Shown: piece after piece, positions 8,091-16,056 of the stretch
How positions within the stretch are numbered: position 1 is the first letter of the stretch
Layout of the letters: each line of letters begins with the position of its first letter
DNA from: an uncultured virus (IMG/VR IMGVR_UViG_3300005461_000009)
Lineage: Duplodnaviria > Heunggongvirae > Uroviricota > Caudoviricetes
DNA: 20,000 bases
Direction: 5' to 3' (one strand)
Virus record (IMG/VR): IMGVR_UViG_3300005461_000009
Made by a program: the position numbers and the translations under genes
The notes under the pieces: generated by a model
What the model was told of the DNA's origin: nothing
Database searches by the model: none
What the model saw: the letters and a program-made list of their open reading frames with translations, nothing else

Positions 8091-9140
8091 CTATTCGCTA
8101 CTACTTTCTTCCAAAAACTCCTCAAAATTTTCTAACAATATTTTCCCTCTCAGTTCAACCGCCTCTTCCGTAACTGCAACACGACCTTTTGAATATTCAT
8201 TATACTTGTTGTTAATAGATACAAATCTAGTTCCTGTTCCAAAAAACGTAATCAACCATTTTTCGACTAATTCAATATTTATATTTTCATGAATAGTTTT
8301 TTTCAATATAGACATTAAAGAAATTAAATGAACTTTTCCTAAAATCTTTTTGACAACCTTAAACTGTTCGGCATTCTGCAAAATCTTATAAACTTTTAGA
8401 AAAGCATCATATATTCTATTAATTTCTTCTACCTGATCCTTTGTAATTACTGTTTCCCGCATTACAGGACGTATATTTTTTGTTTCAAATGATTTTTTAG
8501 TGCCATATAACAATATCCATGTCTTAATTACAACATCTTCATTTGCATATGCAGCCAATGACTTTTCTGATAAAGCAACATTAAACATTTCATGTTTTGC
8601 AAGTTGACTAATTTCTATTTTAGAGATTGCATTTGCTCTTGTCAATTCTATTGCCGTCAGCGATTTTCCATTATTTAATCTACGGAACATTTCTTCGGCG
8701 TCTTCCTGATCCATATTTTCATAATAATAAATAGTCAGGTTATATGTTTTAATAGTGTCCCTTATATCTTCCGGAAGTTGAGAAAATGTCAATCCATTAA
8801 AATCATGCTCAATTCCATCCTCATCTTCAAAGGAGGGAGTATTTACAAGCGGAAATTCATCATTCAAAAATTTTATAACAGTCGTTGTTCTTTGTTTTCC
8901 ATCAAGGAAATCATATGTTTTATTTTTGATATCTTCAAATATACAATTACAATACATTGCAGGAATTGGAAACCCTCTCATCATACTGTCTATCAATATA
9001 CTCATGCGATTGTCTTTAGAAGTATTTTTCCACACAAATGATCTCTGTACTGCGTTATCAAAAGATAAATTGCCCTTATCATACATCACCTTTAAATCTC
9101 TTGCCATTCTAGGAAAAGACTTTCTCTCATAAGTCTTCAT
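8091..9140 (-). CDS. Second DUF262 (GmrSD N-terminal, ParB/Srx-like) protein
   Basis: VQRSFVW, LIDSMMRGFPIPAMY, LDGKQRT, FRRLNNGKSL; AGGAGG favours the start at 9140. Confidence 0.85.
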   Translation of the reverse strand: MKTYERKSFPRMARDLKVMYDKGNLSFDNAVQRSFVWKNTSKDNRMSILIDSMMRGFPIPAMYCNCIFEDIKNKTYDFLDGKQRTTTVIKFLNDEFPLVNTPSFEDEDGIEHDFNGLTFSQLPEDIRDTIKTYNLTIYYYENMDQEDAEEMFRRLNNGKSLTAIELTRANAISKIEISQLAKHEMFNVALSEKSLAAYANEDVVIKTWILLYGTKKSFETKNIRPVMRETVITKDQVEEINRIYDAFLKVYKILQNAEQFKVVKKILGKVHLISLMSILKKTIHENINIELVEKWLITFFGTGTRFVSINNKYNEYSKGRVAVTEEAVELRGKILLENFEEFLEESSSE

Positions 9141-9164
9141 ATTAATTCCTCCTAATATTATCAA

Positions 9165-9329
9165 TTAAGCTGTTTTATATTTTCGTTTTTTATCTCGATG
9201 TTCTAAATGTCGTTTTTTAGATGTACGTTTCCATTCATCTATATACATAACATGTGTTCCATGCTCTAATTTTACTACAACCATATGTTTTCCATAACAT
9301 ATAAAATCTAATATAATTTCTTTATCCAT
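9165..9329 (-). CDS. Small hypothetical protein (54 aa)
   Basis: MDKEIILDFICYGKHMVVVKLEHGTHVMYIDEWK...; AGGAG RBS; below the ORF-track cutoff. Confidence 0.6.
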   Translation of the reverse strand: MDKEIILDFICYGKHMVVVKLEHGTHVMYIDEWKRTSKKRHLEHRDKKRKYKTA

Positions 9330-9363
9330 ATTCTAAACTCCTATATTATAACATTTTTCCATA

Positions 9364-9397
9364 ATTAAAGCCACCAGATAATTCCAGTGGCATTTAA
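9364..9397 (-). terminator. Terminator-like hairpin after the 17-aa peptide gene
   Basis: GCCACTGG-AATTAT-CTGGTGGC followed by TTTAATT. Confidence 0.6.
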
Positions 9398-9405
9398 CCT
9401 TTGTT

Positions 9406-9459
9406 TTAATCAAGTAACCAAGCAATAATTAAAAAGATTATTCCTCCAAGTATTGACAA
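9406..9459 (-). CDS. 17-aa hydrophobic peptide MSILGGIIFLIIAWLLD (TTG start)
   Basis: GAGGAGGTG RBS (9466-9474) 6 nt before TTG; single membrane-like segment. Confidence 0.55.
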   Translation of the reverse strand: MSILGGIIFLIIAWLLD

Positions 9460-9499
9460 TTATAACACCTCCTCATATTGTTGTCTTAAAATGCGAATT

Positions 9500-9736
9500 T
9501 TAAAGATAATCTAATAATTCACTTGCTAAATTTACTTTTCCTTGTGTAATTCCAACAAGTGCAGCATTTAACATATTCCTACTTGCTTGTTCACTTTCTT
9601 TTGCTCTTTCAAAAATTGAATTTTGATATTCTTTTTCAATCTTGCTAAGTCTATTATTTTCTTTTCTTAAATACCTGTTCTCTCTAACAATATCTGCCAT
9701 TGTTAAAATTATGTCTTCTACCTCATATCTTTCCAT
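9500..9736 (-). CDS. Hypothetical coiled-coil protein
   Basis: ORF track to 9754; GGAGG favours the start MERYEV at 9736. Confidence 0.7.
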   Translation of the reverse strand: MERYEVEDIILTMADIVRENRYLRKENNRLSKIEKEYQNSIFERAKESEQASRNMLNAALVGITQGKVNLASELLDYL

Positions 9737-9814
9737 GTCTTTTCCTCCAATCACTCATTCTATTATTTAACTTCCGACACAAACAATTCTTTATTATATT
9801 TGTAATCTTCTCCG

Positions 9815-10060
9815 TCACTTAGATCTATTATATCTATAATAACTTCCAAACCACACATGGTTAGGTTTCAATATCGTTCCAATATTCTCTTTTACTTGAC
9901 CACTATCTTCAAATCCTCTTTTTTTCATACGTTGTGAATGTCCATTCTTTTCTTCTTCATTCCTATAATGATACTGTTCAATTTCTTCCACAAAAGTAGT
10001 ACAACTTCCATTTTCTTCATATTGATATGACTTTGTTATTATTTCTTTTACCAATACCAT
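9815..10060 (-). CDS. Hypothetical protein
   Basis: 81-aa ORF with GGAGG RBS. Confidence 0.75.
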   Translation of the reverse strand: MVLVKEIITKSYQYEENGSCTTFVEEIEQYHYRNEEEKNGHSQRMKKRGFEDSGQVKENIGTILKPNHVWFGSYYRYNRSK

Positions 10061-10109
10061 TTATTCCCTCCAATTCTGTCTTGAAATACGAGATTCATTG
10101 TTCTAATTT

Positions 10110-10430
10110 CTATAAATATAATCCGATATCTTCAGAATATTTTAAATTGGCATTTTTTATATTGCTATAATATTTTGAAATATCAACTGATTCTCTGTCT
10201 TCCTCAACTTTATATTTTTCCAGTACATTCCAATAGGATAAATCCTCTATGCAATACACTTCATACTCAGGTGTATCCCACCAACAAAATCCAGACACTT
10301 GACTACCAACAACTGGATGATAAACATGGGCAACTTTAGTATGTCCATGCATAGAATACGACACTAAATTTCCAATATCTAAAACTTTATTGTCTCCTTT
10401 CCTAGTCACAACATAACACGCCATACACAT
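10110..10430 (-). CDS. Hypothetical protein
   Basis: 106-aa ORF with GGAAGG RBS; flanked by junction palindromes at 10082 and 10446. Confidence 0.75.
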   Translation of the reverse strand: MCMACYVVTRKGDNKVLDIGNLVSYSMHGHTKVAHVYHPVVGSQVSGFCWWDTPEYEVYCIEDLSYWNVLEKYKVEEDRESVDISKYYSNIKNANLKYSEDIGLYL

Positions 10431-10464
10431 ATACCTTCCTTTCGATGAAATTCCGATTTCATTG

Positions 10465-10617
10465 TTATTTTCTGTTCCAATTTCTGATTATACTTGTCAC
10501 ATAATTAAGTTCCGTTTTCGATAGTTTATATTCTTCTTCCACTTCATTCCAATCTATACGTCCTAATCCTGAAAAATAAACTTTTTTAGCAATTTCCGTT
10601 AATCTCTTATTCTTCAT
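10465..10617 (-). CDS. Small hypothetical protein (50 aa)
   Basis: MKNKRLTEIAKKVYFSGLGRIDWNEVEEEY...; GGAGG RBS; flanked by palindromes at 10446 and 10640. Confidence 0.65.
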   Translation of the reverse strand: MKNKRLTEIAKKVYFSGLGRIDWNEVEEEYKLSKTELNYVTSIIRNWNRK

Positions 10618-10708
10618 ATTGTCCTCCATTCATTTTCGATAAAATCCTGATTTCCAGTCTTTAATCAACTAACTCAAACCCAAAGTGGTAAAATCTAGTG
10701 TCATGCTT

Positions 10709-11338
10709 TTAGGAATTTCCCTCTTTATCATTTATTAATTCTTTATCATTTATTAATTTAATAAGTAACTTGGCTTGTATCTGAAGTTCAGGCTCTTGTA
10801 TACGTGGGATTAAAATTTCTGAAATAAATATAAAAGCATTACCATAATACCTTTTACACAAATCTCTAGCATTACATGCCTCAAGACTGTAATCATTATC
10901 ATTATAAAATTTTACAAGATTACTTGCGTAATTACGGGACATATCAAGGACATTATTCCAAAGCAATCTACATTTCGAACAATCATTTTCGCAATGTTTG
11001 CAAGCATTTTCTAACTTCTTCACAACATTTGCATGAAACAAAATTGATGAAAGATGCATTCCCAACATCGCATGAAATGAAGAATGGAAATTTGAATATT
11101 TCTTGTGATATTTAATCTGTAGATTCTCCTCAACTCCTGAAAACATGAATTGAGCAATTCCCTCCTCACAGGAGGAATTATTTAAGTTTACATGGCATTC
11201 TCTATGATTTCCATCCCAATAGTAATTACTGCATCTTGTACATTTCCCATATCCAATAATAAAGTTTACAAAATCACGCGCATCTGCACTTTTAAGTTTT
11301 TCTAAGAATATTTCTCTATTAGTCATAACAATCACCAA
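10709..11338 (-). CDS. Cys-rich hypothetical protein (probable start 11326)
   Basis: CTRC and CKHCENDCSKC motifs. Confidence 0.7.
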   Translation of the reverse strand: MVIVMTNREIFLEKLKSADARDFVNFIIGYGKCTRCSNYYWDGNHRECHVNLNNSSCEEGIAQFMFSGVEENLQIKYHKKYSNFHSSFHAMLGMHLSSILFHANVVKKLENACKHCENDCSKCRLLWNNVLDMSRNYASNLVKFYNDNDYSLEACNARDLCKRYYGNAFIFISEILIPRIQEPELQIQAKLLIKLINDKELINDKEGNS

Positions 11339-11342
11339 CCTC

Positions 11343-11591
11343 CTAAATTTCCCATCTTTTTAATATTGCATAGCCTAATAACCTTCTATACATCCTGGCT
11401 TTTGTCATCCCATTAAATGCTCTATTTACTGGATGTGTTACGGATTCATATGGAAACAGCGCAAGCATAACTTCCCTTAAGGTTTTTCTTGTGTACATAT
11501 TTAAAAAATTAGGATCTTCTATTTCCTTTTTAATCCTTTTTTCCATTTCCAACTGTTTTTTTCTTAATTCATCATTAACAACATTTTTCAT
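11343..11591 (-). CDS. Hypothetical protein
   Basis: 82-aa ORF with AGGAG RBS. Confidence 0.7.
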   Translation of the reverse strand: MKNVVNDELRKKQLEMEKRIKKEIEDPNFLNMYTRKTLREVMLALFPYESVTHPVNRAFNGMTKARMYRRLLGYAILKRWEI

Positions 11592-11620
11592 TTTTTATTC
11601 TCCTACCACATGCCTAATTT

Positions 11621-11788
11621 TTATCGACTAAACATAGATAAACCAAATTTTGTAGCCAGTGCTGCCATTGTAAGCAAACGTATATCAGTTTCATTTTTAT
11701 TAATAATTCCAAGTTTTTTCAAAAATTCAACGCACTCATCTTTAGAACCACTAAAAATAACTTTATCTTCTTTTTCAATTTCTATCAT
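11621..11788 (-). CDS. Small hypothetical protein (55 aa)
   Basis: MIEIEKEDKVIFSGSKDECVEFLKKLG...; GAGAGG RBS; hand translated. Confidence 0.6.
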   Translation of the reverse strand: MIEIEKEDKVIFSGSKDECVEFLKKLGIINKNETDIRLLTMAALATKFGLSMFSR

Positions 11789-11815
11789 TGTCTTTACCTC
11801 TCCTTTATTAGCAAA

Positions 11816-11974
11816 TTATAATATTCCATGCTCAATTTCAAATTTTACTAGGTTTTCTACAGCTTCATCATATTCCCTTTCTGTTTCTAAATTTTTACGA
11901 TTAAAAATTATATAACCAGCCATTCTGGCTTTTTCTTTCAGATCTTCCCATATTATTTCTTCATTTTTTGTCAT
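11816..11974 (-). CDS. Small hypothetical protein (52 aa)
   Basis: MTKNEEIIWEDLKEKARMAGY...; AAGGAG RBS; hand translated. Confidence 0.6.
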   Translation of the reverse strand: MTKNEEIIWEDLKEKARMAGYIIFNRKNLETEREYDEAVENLVKFEIEHGIL

Positions 11975-11998
11975 ATTTTTTATCTCCTTTATGCAATA

Positions 11999-12142
11999 TT
12001 AATAATTTCCATTGTAAATTTCTTCATTATATACTTTTTGTGCATCATTTTTTATAAAAATAAAAGCATCGTTTTCACTTGCAAATGTATCATAACTTAC
12101 AATTTTCTTTTCGTGTATTGCGTAACAAATAACAATCTTCAT
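11999..12142 (-). CDS. Small hypothetical protein (47 aa, possibly truncated)
   Basis: MKIVICYAIHEKKIVSYDTFASENDAF...; AAGGAG RBS. Confidence 0.55.
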   Translation of the reverse strand: MKIVICYAIHEKKIVSYDTFASENDAFIFIKNDAQKVYNEEIYNGNY

Positions 12143-12211
12143 TTTTATTCTCCTTTTAATTTAAAATCATTTTAACCTTATTTCGTTGCCTTTTATGGTT
12201 CAAAATCAAAT

Positions 12212-12313
12212 TCAGACAATCCATGCTGCCATATAATCCATATCGCACCATTTTTCTTTTGGATATGTATTATAATCTTTTTCTTCCGTCCATCGTCCTA
12301 AATTATCAACCAT
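12212..12313 (-). pseudogene. Probable truncated gene remnant (33 aa)
   Basis: GGAGG RBS, MVDNLGRWTEEKDYNTYPKEKWCDMDYMAAWIV, then three in-frame TGA codons in quick succession. Confidence 0.45.
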
Positions 12314-12413
12314 AACCATACCTCCATATATCTAATAATTATTTCTGACAAATTTTATCTTGTTTCTGATCACTCTCAAAAATCCTCCATTCTATGTACT
12401 TGAAACCATTGTT

Positions 12414-12620
12414 TCAAGACTTATACAGTTCTGCTTCTCGTTTCCATGTTTCTTTATCTACAATCTGGTTAATTCTCCATTCAATAGACATTCCATTATT
12501 AAGTAATTCCATTTCATCAAATATTTTAATTGCCATTTCTAAAGATTCTTTCTTTTCATATCCCTTTTTCTGAATCAATCTCACAGCTTTTAAAACGTTA
12601 TTATATGTCCTCCGCTTCAT
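12414..12620 (-). CDS. Hypothetical protein
   Basis: 68-aa ORF with GGAGG RBS; its stop lies inside the palindrome at 12401. Confidence 0.7.
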   Translation of the reverse strand: MKRRTYNNVLKAVRLIQKKGYEKKESLEMAIKIFDEMELLNNGMSIEWRINQIVDKETWKREAELYKS

Positions 12621-12637
12621 ATTAAATGCTATCCTCC

Positions 12638-13174
12638 CTATTTCAGCTTCATAACCAACTCAAAAAGTGTTTCTCTTGTCTTATATGAATTATGTCCTCT
12701 GTACTCAATAGCTTCTTCAAGCAACTTCTTATTTGGAAAATCATCAGGTAAAATTTCTACTGACAAACGGATCAACTTCTCTTTAATATCTTTTAACTGA
12801 TTTTCTGTATTAGTTTCCTCAGTATATCTTCCATCTTCATATGTAAGACCAGCAACAAAATTTTCCTTTCTGCAAATTTCCAAGAATCTGTCATAATCTT
12901 CTGTACTCATACACCATTGATCATCACTTGAAAGAATCCTATCACCTTTAGAAATTTTGTTTCCGTTCTTGAGCAGTTTACAATCACGGTCAGAATAAAA
13001 GGGATTCTCAGCTAAAACTTTGTTATACACTTCCTTAAACCTCTCCTGAACGATTTCATTTTCAATCTGTTTCAATAAATACATATGTTGTAGTTCTACA
13101 ATTTCCGCTTTTCTATTGTTTGCAAGCTCCGTAAATCTCTTTAATAATGTTTTGTTTGCCATAATATCAACCAT
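12638..13174 (-). CDS. Hypothetical protein (probable start 13162)
   Basis: 178-aa ORF with AAAGGA RBS. Confidence 0.8.
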   Translation of the reverse strand: MVDIMANKTLLKRFTELANNRKAEIVELQHMYLLKQIENEIVQERFKEVYNKVLAENPFYSDRDCKLLKNGNKISKGDRILSSDDQWCMSTEDYDRFLEICRKENFVAGLTYEDGRYTEETNTENQLKDIKEKLIRLSVEILPDDFPNKKLLEEAIEYRGHNSYKTRETLFELVMKLK

Positions 13175-13208
13175 CCTTTCTACTCTCTACTTCTCCATTT
13201 ATTCCATC

Positions 13209-13271
13209 TTTATAGCCACTATAAAAGGCATTAACGGAAATATTCGTTAGTGCCTTCTAATTGGTTATAAA
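13209..13271 (-). ncRNA. Structured intergenic motif, copy A (unassigned)
   Basis: Outer stem-UUAGAA-inner stem-loop containing GAAUAU-inner stem-UUUUAUAGUG-outer stem; same architecture as 15993-16056. Confidence 0.55.
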
Positions 13272-13279
13272 TCGCCGTA

Positions 13280-13536
13280 TCACGCTAAACAAACCCTATT
13301 TTCCATCATTTTATCCCACATATCGAATATTTCCGTGCCGTTTCCACCTTCTGCAAATACCTCATAACAAGCCGTCCATGTTGTAAGGGAATGGACTAAA
13401 CACAAGAAATATTGTTGTGTCTGACTATCCTAAAATATGAAATTGTCTAATAAACATCTCTCTGAATACTCTATATATTCATTTCCAGCTACCATCTGAT
13501 ATACTGCTTTTGCTGAAATAATCCTAAATTTTGCAT
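13280..13536 (-). pseudogene. Disrupted gene (frameshift after ATG CAA, in-frame TAG at 13430-13432)
   Basis: TAATG coupling to the upstream gene; shifted frame KFRIISAKAVYQMVAGNEYIEYSERCLLDNFIF*DSQTQQYFLCL...RVCLA*. Confidence 0.6.
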
Positions 13537-13754
13537 TATACAATCCTCCATCCGATTCCATCTGTTACCGTATTAATTCCACATTTATCTAAAATTTCTT
13601 TTACTTTTCCATTGATAAATGACGGCTTTTCTTTCTGTATAATGGAATTGTAAATGTAAACACATTCCCATATTGTTTCAGGTGGTACATCTTTTATGCT
13701 TCTGACCTGTTTACCATCAAGCCATGTCTGTATATATATTTTAAATTTTTTCAT
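13536..13754 (-). CDS. Hypothetical protein
   Basis: 72-aa ORF with GGAGG RBS. Confidence 0.7.
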   Translation of the reverse strand: MKKFKIYIQTWLDGKQVRSIKDVPPETIWECVYIYNSIIQKEKPSFINGKVKEILDKCGINTVTDGIGWRIV

Positions 13755-13784
13755 TATATCCTCCCATCTTGAAACGATTTTTCA

Positions 13785-14009
13785 TTACCTATTAAATAAT
13801 GGAATACATCTTCCCATTTTTTCAGAATCATATTCTCCATAGCATCCACTATTATTGCTCTCGTGTTCTTTATGATTTTTGCAAAATCCAGCAATTACTT
13901 TTCTTTCAGAATATCCAAGAGCATATTTATATAATCCTTTGACATAACCTTTTCAATATTTTGCTTTTTGACCACATATAATACAATTTTCTGTTTTTAA
14001 CTGTTGCAT
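13785..14009 (-). pseudogene. CxxC...CxxH small gene with an in-frame TGA at codon 19 (13953-13955)
   Basis: MQQLKTENCIICGQKAKY*KGYVKG...IAGFCKNH...RCIPLFNR*; the frame stays open 55 codons past the TGA. Confidence 0.7.
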
Positions 14010-14043
14010 AAGCCCTCTTCTATTTTTCTTTGAATTTTCCCAT

Positions 14044-14082
14044 AATAAAAGCAAGCAACATTCCCACTTGTCACTTGCTTAT
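14044..14082 (-). terminator. Terminator-like hairpin
   Basis: AAGCAAGTGACA...TGTTGCTTGCTT followed by TTATT. Confidence 0.65.
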
Positions 14083-14110
14083 TACTTCTATTTCTATGCT
14101 GTTTAATTAT

Positions 14111-14371
14111 TTATAAAACATACGCGATATACCATGTTATGCCGTCATGCTCCACAATTCCCCAATCGGTAACAGGTTTCTTATCATCAATCATTGACTT
14201 ATATTCTGCTCTGTCTTCCTCATCAATATCCCACTCGTCCATATAATCATTAAAATGCTTCTCGAAATCCTCACCCTCAAATACAGTCGTTCCATTCTTT
14301 AAATGCTTTTCCGCTTCAGTTTTTGTGCATTTATCCATCATTAAAATCTCTAAATTTGTCATAAATTTCAT
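14111..14371 (-). CDS. Acidic phage hypothetical protein
   Basis: 86-aa ORF (TKTEAEKHLKNGTTVFE...YIAYVL). Confidence 0.75.
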   Translation of the reverse strand: MKFMTNLEILMMDKCTKTEAEKHLKNGTTVFEGEDFEKHFNDYMDEWDIDEEDRAEYKSMIDDKKPVTDWGIVEHDGITWYIAYVL

Positions 14372-14391
14372 ATTCGTTTCTTTTTAAATTT

Positions 14392-14420
14392 ATCATATCA
14401 CATATTATCCAATAAATCAA
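14392..14420 (-). promoter_or_regulatory. SigA-type promoter
   Basis: TTGATT (14415-14420), 17 nt, TATGAT (14392-14397) with an extended TG. Confidence 0.6.
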
Positions 14421-14528
14421 AATTATTTCCTATTTTTATACTATTTATTTGCCTTATTTAAGGACTTAACGCAACGTACATATATATGATTTAAGGCATT
14501 AAATAGGCTTGTAAGACGCAATTTGAAA

Positions 14529-14729
14529 TTATTGCGCACTATGTCTAGTAATCCACGATTTCGCTTCTTGAATAGTCAAAAAACAATCTTGTGCGTCTAA
14601 CGCATTTGTTAAACACACTCTTCTATTTTCCGTTTTTCTGAAATAATCATAAATCAATTTACCAATAGGGTTTAATGTATTTCTAGTTATTCTCATTAAT
14701 TCAAAACTTGTCATTTTTCTTTCCTCCAT
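14529..14729 (-). CDS. Hypothetical protein
   Basis: 66-aa ORF; GGAGG favours the later start MTSFELMR. Confidence 0.6.
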   Translation of the reverse strand: MEERKMTSFELMRITRNTLNPIGKLIYDYFRKTENRRVCLTNALDAQDCFLTIQEAKSWITRHSAQ

Positions 14730-14757
14730 ATCTTAAAACAGTAGTTTCATGGGTATT

Positions 14758-15510
14758 TTAATCCCAATACCCATGATTTTCTTTTATTTCAATAAGAATA
14801 ATATTTCTGCTTTTCAAAATGATTGTATATGGTGTACCTCCTTTATATCCAAAAAATTCCCCAGATTCACGCATTTTTCTATTATCCTCTTTTGTAAATC
14901 TTTTGCCACTACTTATAATAGAACCAACTTTACGACATTCTAAAATAAGTTTTTCTCTTGCTTCCTCCTCTGTATCGGCTTCTATGTTACATGTGCATGT
15001 ATTTACTTCCTCAGAATTATTAGAACTATCTAAAAGAGTTTCTGTAACTGAAAATACATAGATATTTTTATATGCCGGAATCCCCAATTCATCACAAACA
15101 ATTTCTTTTGCTTCTGTTTCGCTGATTCCTTGTAACTCTACACGAAAGGCAGTTCTTTCATCCTTAGAAAATCTGCTATATTTTTCGTTTCTTTCCACCT
15201 CAAAAGGAAAATTATAGTTAACAACTTTTCCACTTTCAAAAAGTGAATCAGATGCAGAGTCTCCACAAGTAAAGAAAGAGCCATCAGAGCAAAGGAACCA
15301 ATTTGTTTTACCACCGCATTTTCTAACATCATCAACTGTAGCAAACTTGTAAAACATTTCTTCAGGACAATCTATCTCTCCCAAATAACGATATAACAAG
15401 TCCTTTTTGCGGCTTGCAACAATTCTGTTTTCTTCTCTTTCCATATTGGCAAATAGAGCGTTCCACTCTCTATTATCAAGGTTTTCTAACTGCGCCATAA
15501 TATTCAACAT
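14758..15510 (-). CDS. Hypothetical protein
   Basis: 250-aa ORF with AAGGAGG RBS, directly downstream of the hammerhead. Confidence 0.8.
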   Translation of the reverse strand: MLNIMAQLENLDNREWNALFANMEREENRIVASRKKDLLYRYLGEIDCPEEMFYKFATVDDVRKCGGKTNWFLCSDGSFFTCGDSASDSLFESGKVVNYNFPFEVERNEKYSRFSKDERTAFRVELQGISETEAKEIVCDELGIPAYKNIYVFSVTETLLDSSNNSEEVNTCTCNIEADTEEEAREKLILECRKVGSIISSGKRFTKEDNRKMRESGEFFGYKGGTPYTIILKSRNIILIEIKENHGYWD

Positions 15511-15532
15511 AAAGTTTTACCTCCTTCAGCTT

Positions 15533-15593
15533 GCCATCATCACTGTATAAGCCGCTATCTTATACAGACTAGCCACAAATGGCTAGTTTCGGC
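15533..15593 (-). ncRNA. Type II hammerhead ribozyme, variant core (G in place of C3)
   Basis: GCC-GAAAC-UAGCC(auuugu)GGCUA-GUC-UGUAUAAG(auagcgg)CUUAUACA-GUGAUGA-U-GGC; predicted cleavage between 15567 and 15566. Confidence 0.8.
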
Positions 15594-15619
15594 TTTATTT
15601 GTCCAATGAAATACACGAT

Positions 15620-15772
15620 TTATCTTACGTATACATTGATATTTCTCTCCATATCTCGCAGCAACTTATAGCCTAAGTGTTTTTTGCTCATTCCACAATC
15701 TACAAGTTTGTATTTCTTATCTAGCTCGTATTCATCAAATTCTTTCCAAGAACACCATATATTAGTTATCAT
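15620..15772 (-). CDS. Small hypothetical protein (50 aa)
   Basis: MITNIWCSWKEFDEYELDKKYKLVDCG...; GGGAGG RBS; its stop lies inside the palindrome at 15607. Confidence 0.6.
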   Translation of the reverse strand: MITNIWCSWKEFDEYELDKKYKLVDCGMSKKHLGYKLLRDMERNINVYVR

Positions 15773-15785
15773 ACCATAACCTCCC

Positions 15786-15962
15786 TTAATATCCAACTAT
15801 CAGCCAATGCAAAAACATTAAAATCGGCATTAGAAACATTGCAGCACCAGCAAGATAACATTCTACTATTTCATTTTTCTTTTGCCTTTCTTCTGCAAGT
15901 ATAATTTTTCTTGCCTGATCCAAGGTATAATAATCATATTCTGCAACTATATTATTCTGCAT
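15786..15962 (-). pseudogene. Doubly frameshifted small membrane-protein gene
   Basis: AGGAGG plus ATG, then RIIVAEYDYYTLDQARKIILAEERQK in a shifted frame and IVECYLAGAAMFLMPILMFLHWLIVGY* after a second shift. Confidence 0.55.
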
Positions 15963-15992
15963 TTTTCAACCTCCTACCTTTTATTTATCTTT

Positions 15993-16056
15993 TTTGTAAG
16001 CACTATAAAACGGCTATAGTCTTATATTCTCTATAGCCGTTCTAACTACATACAAA
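15993..16056 (-). ncRNA. Structured intergenic motif, copy B (unassigned)
   Basis: UUUGUAUGUA-G-UUAGAA-CGGCUAUAG(agaauauaaga)CUAUAGCCG-UUUUAUAG-UGCUUACAAA. Confidence 0.55.

Noticed and set aside
12161..12175. TTAAAA-TCA-TTTTAA palindrome
   Set aside because: The 3-bp spacer does not fit the N6 motif and it is likely by chance in AT-rich DNA.
3683..13256. Similarity between the yoeB terminator stem and the inner stem of hairpin copy A (CGTTAGTGC)
   Set aside because: Short match in opposite orientation, and the terminator lacks the UUAGAA/UUUUAUAG core.
2457..13955. Genome-wide TGA recoding or selenocysteine
   Set aside because: Many genes here end at TGA with the next gene immediately following (e.g. 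1256, 4341, 6088, 12414), TGG is used for Trp, and no SECIS-like hairpin was seen after the internal stops.
15138..15344. 68-aa minus-strand ORF nested in 14758..15510
   Set aside because: Alternate frame inside a longer gene with a strong RBS; no independent support.
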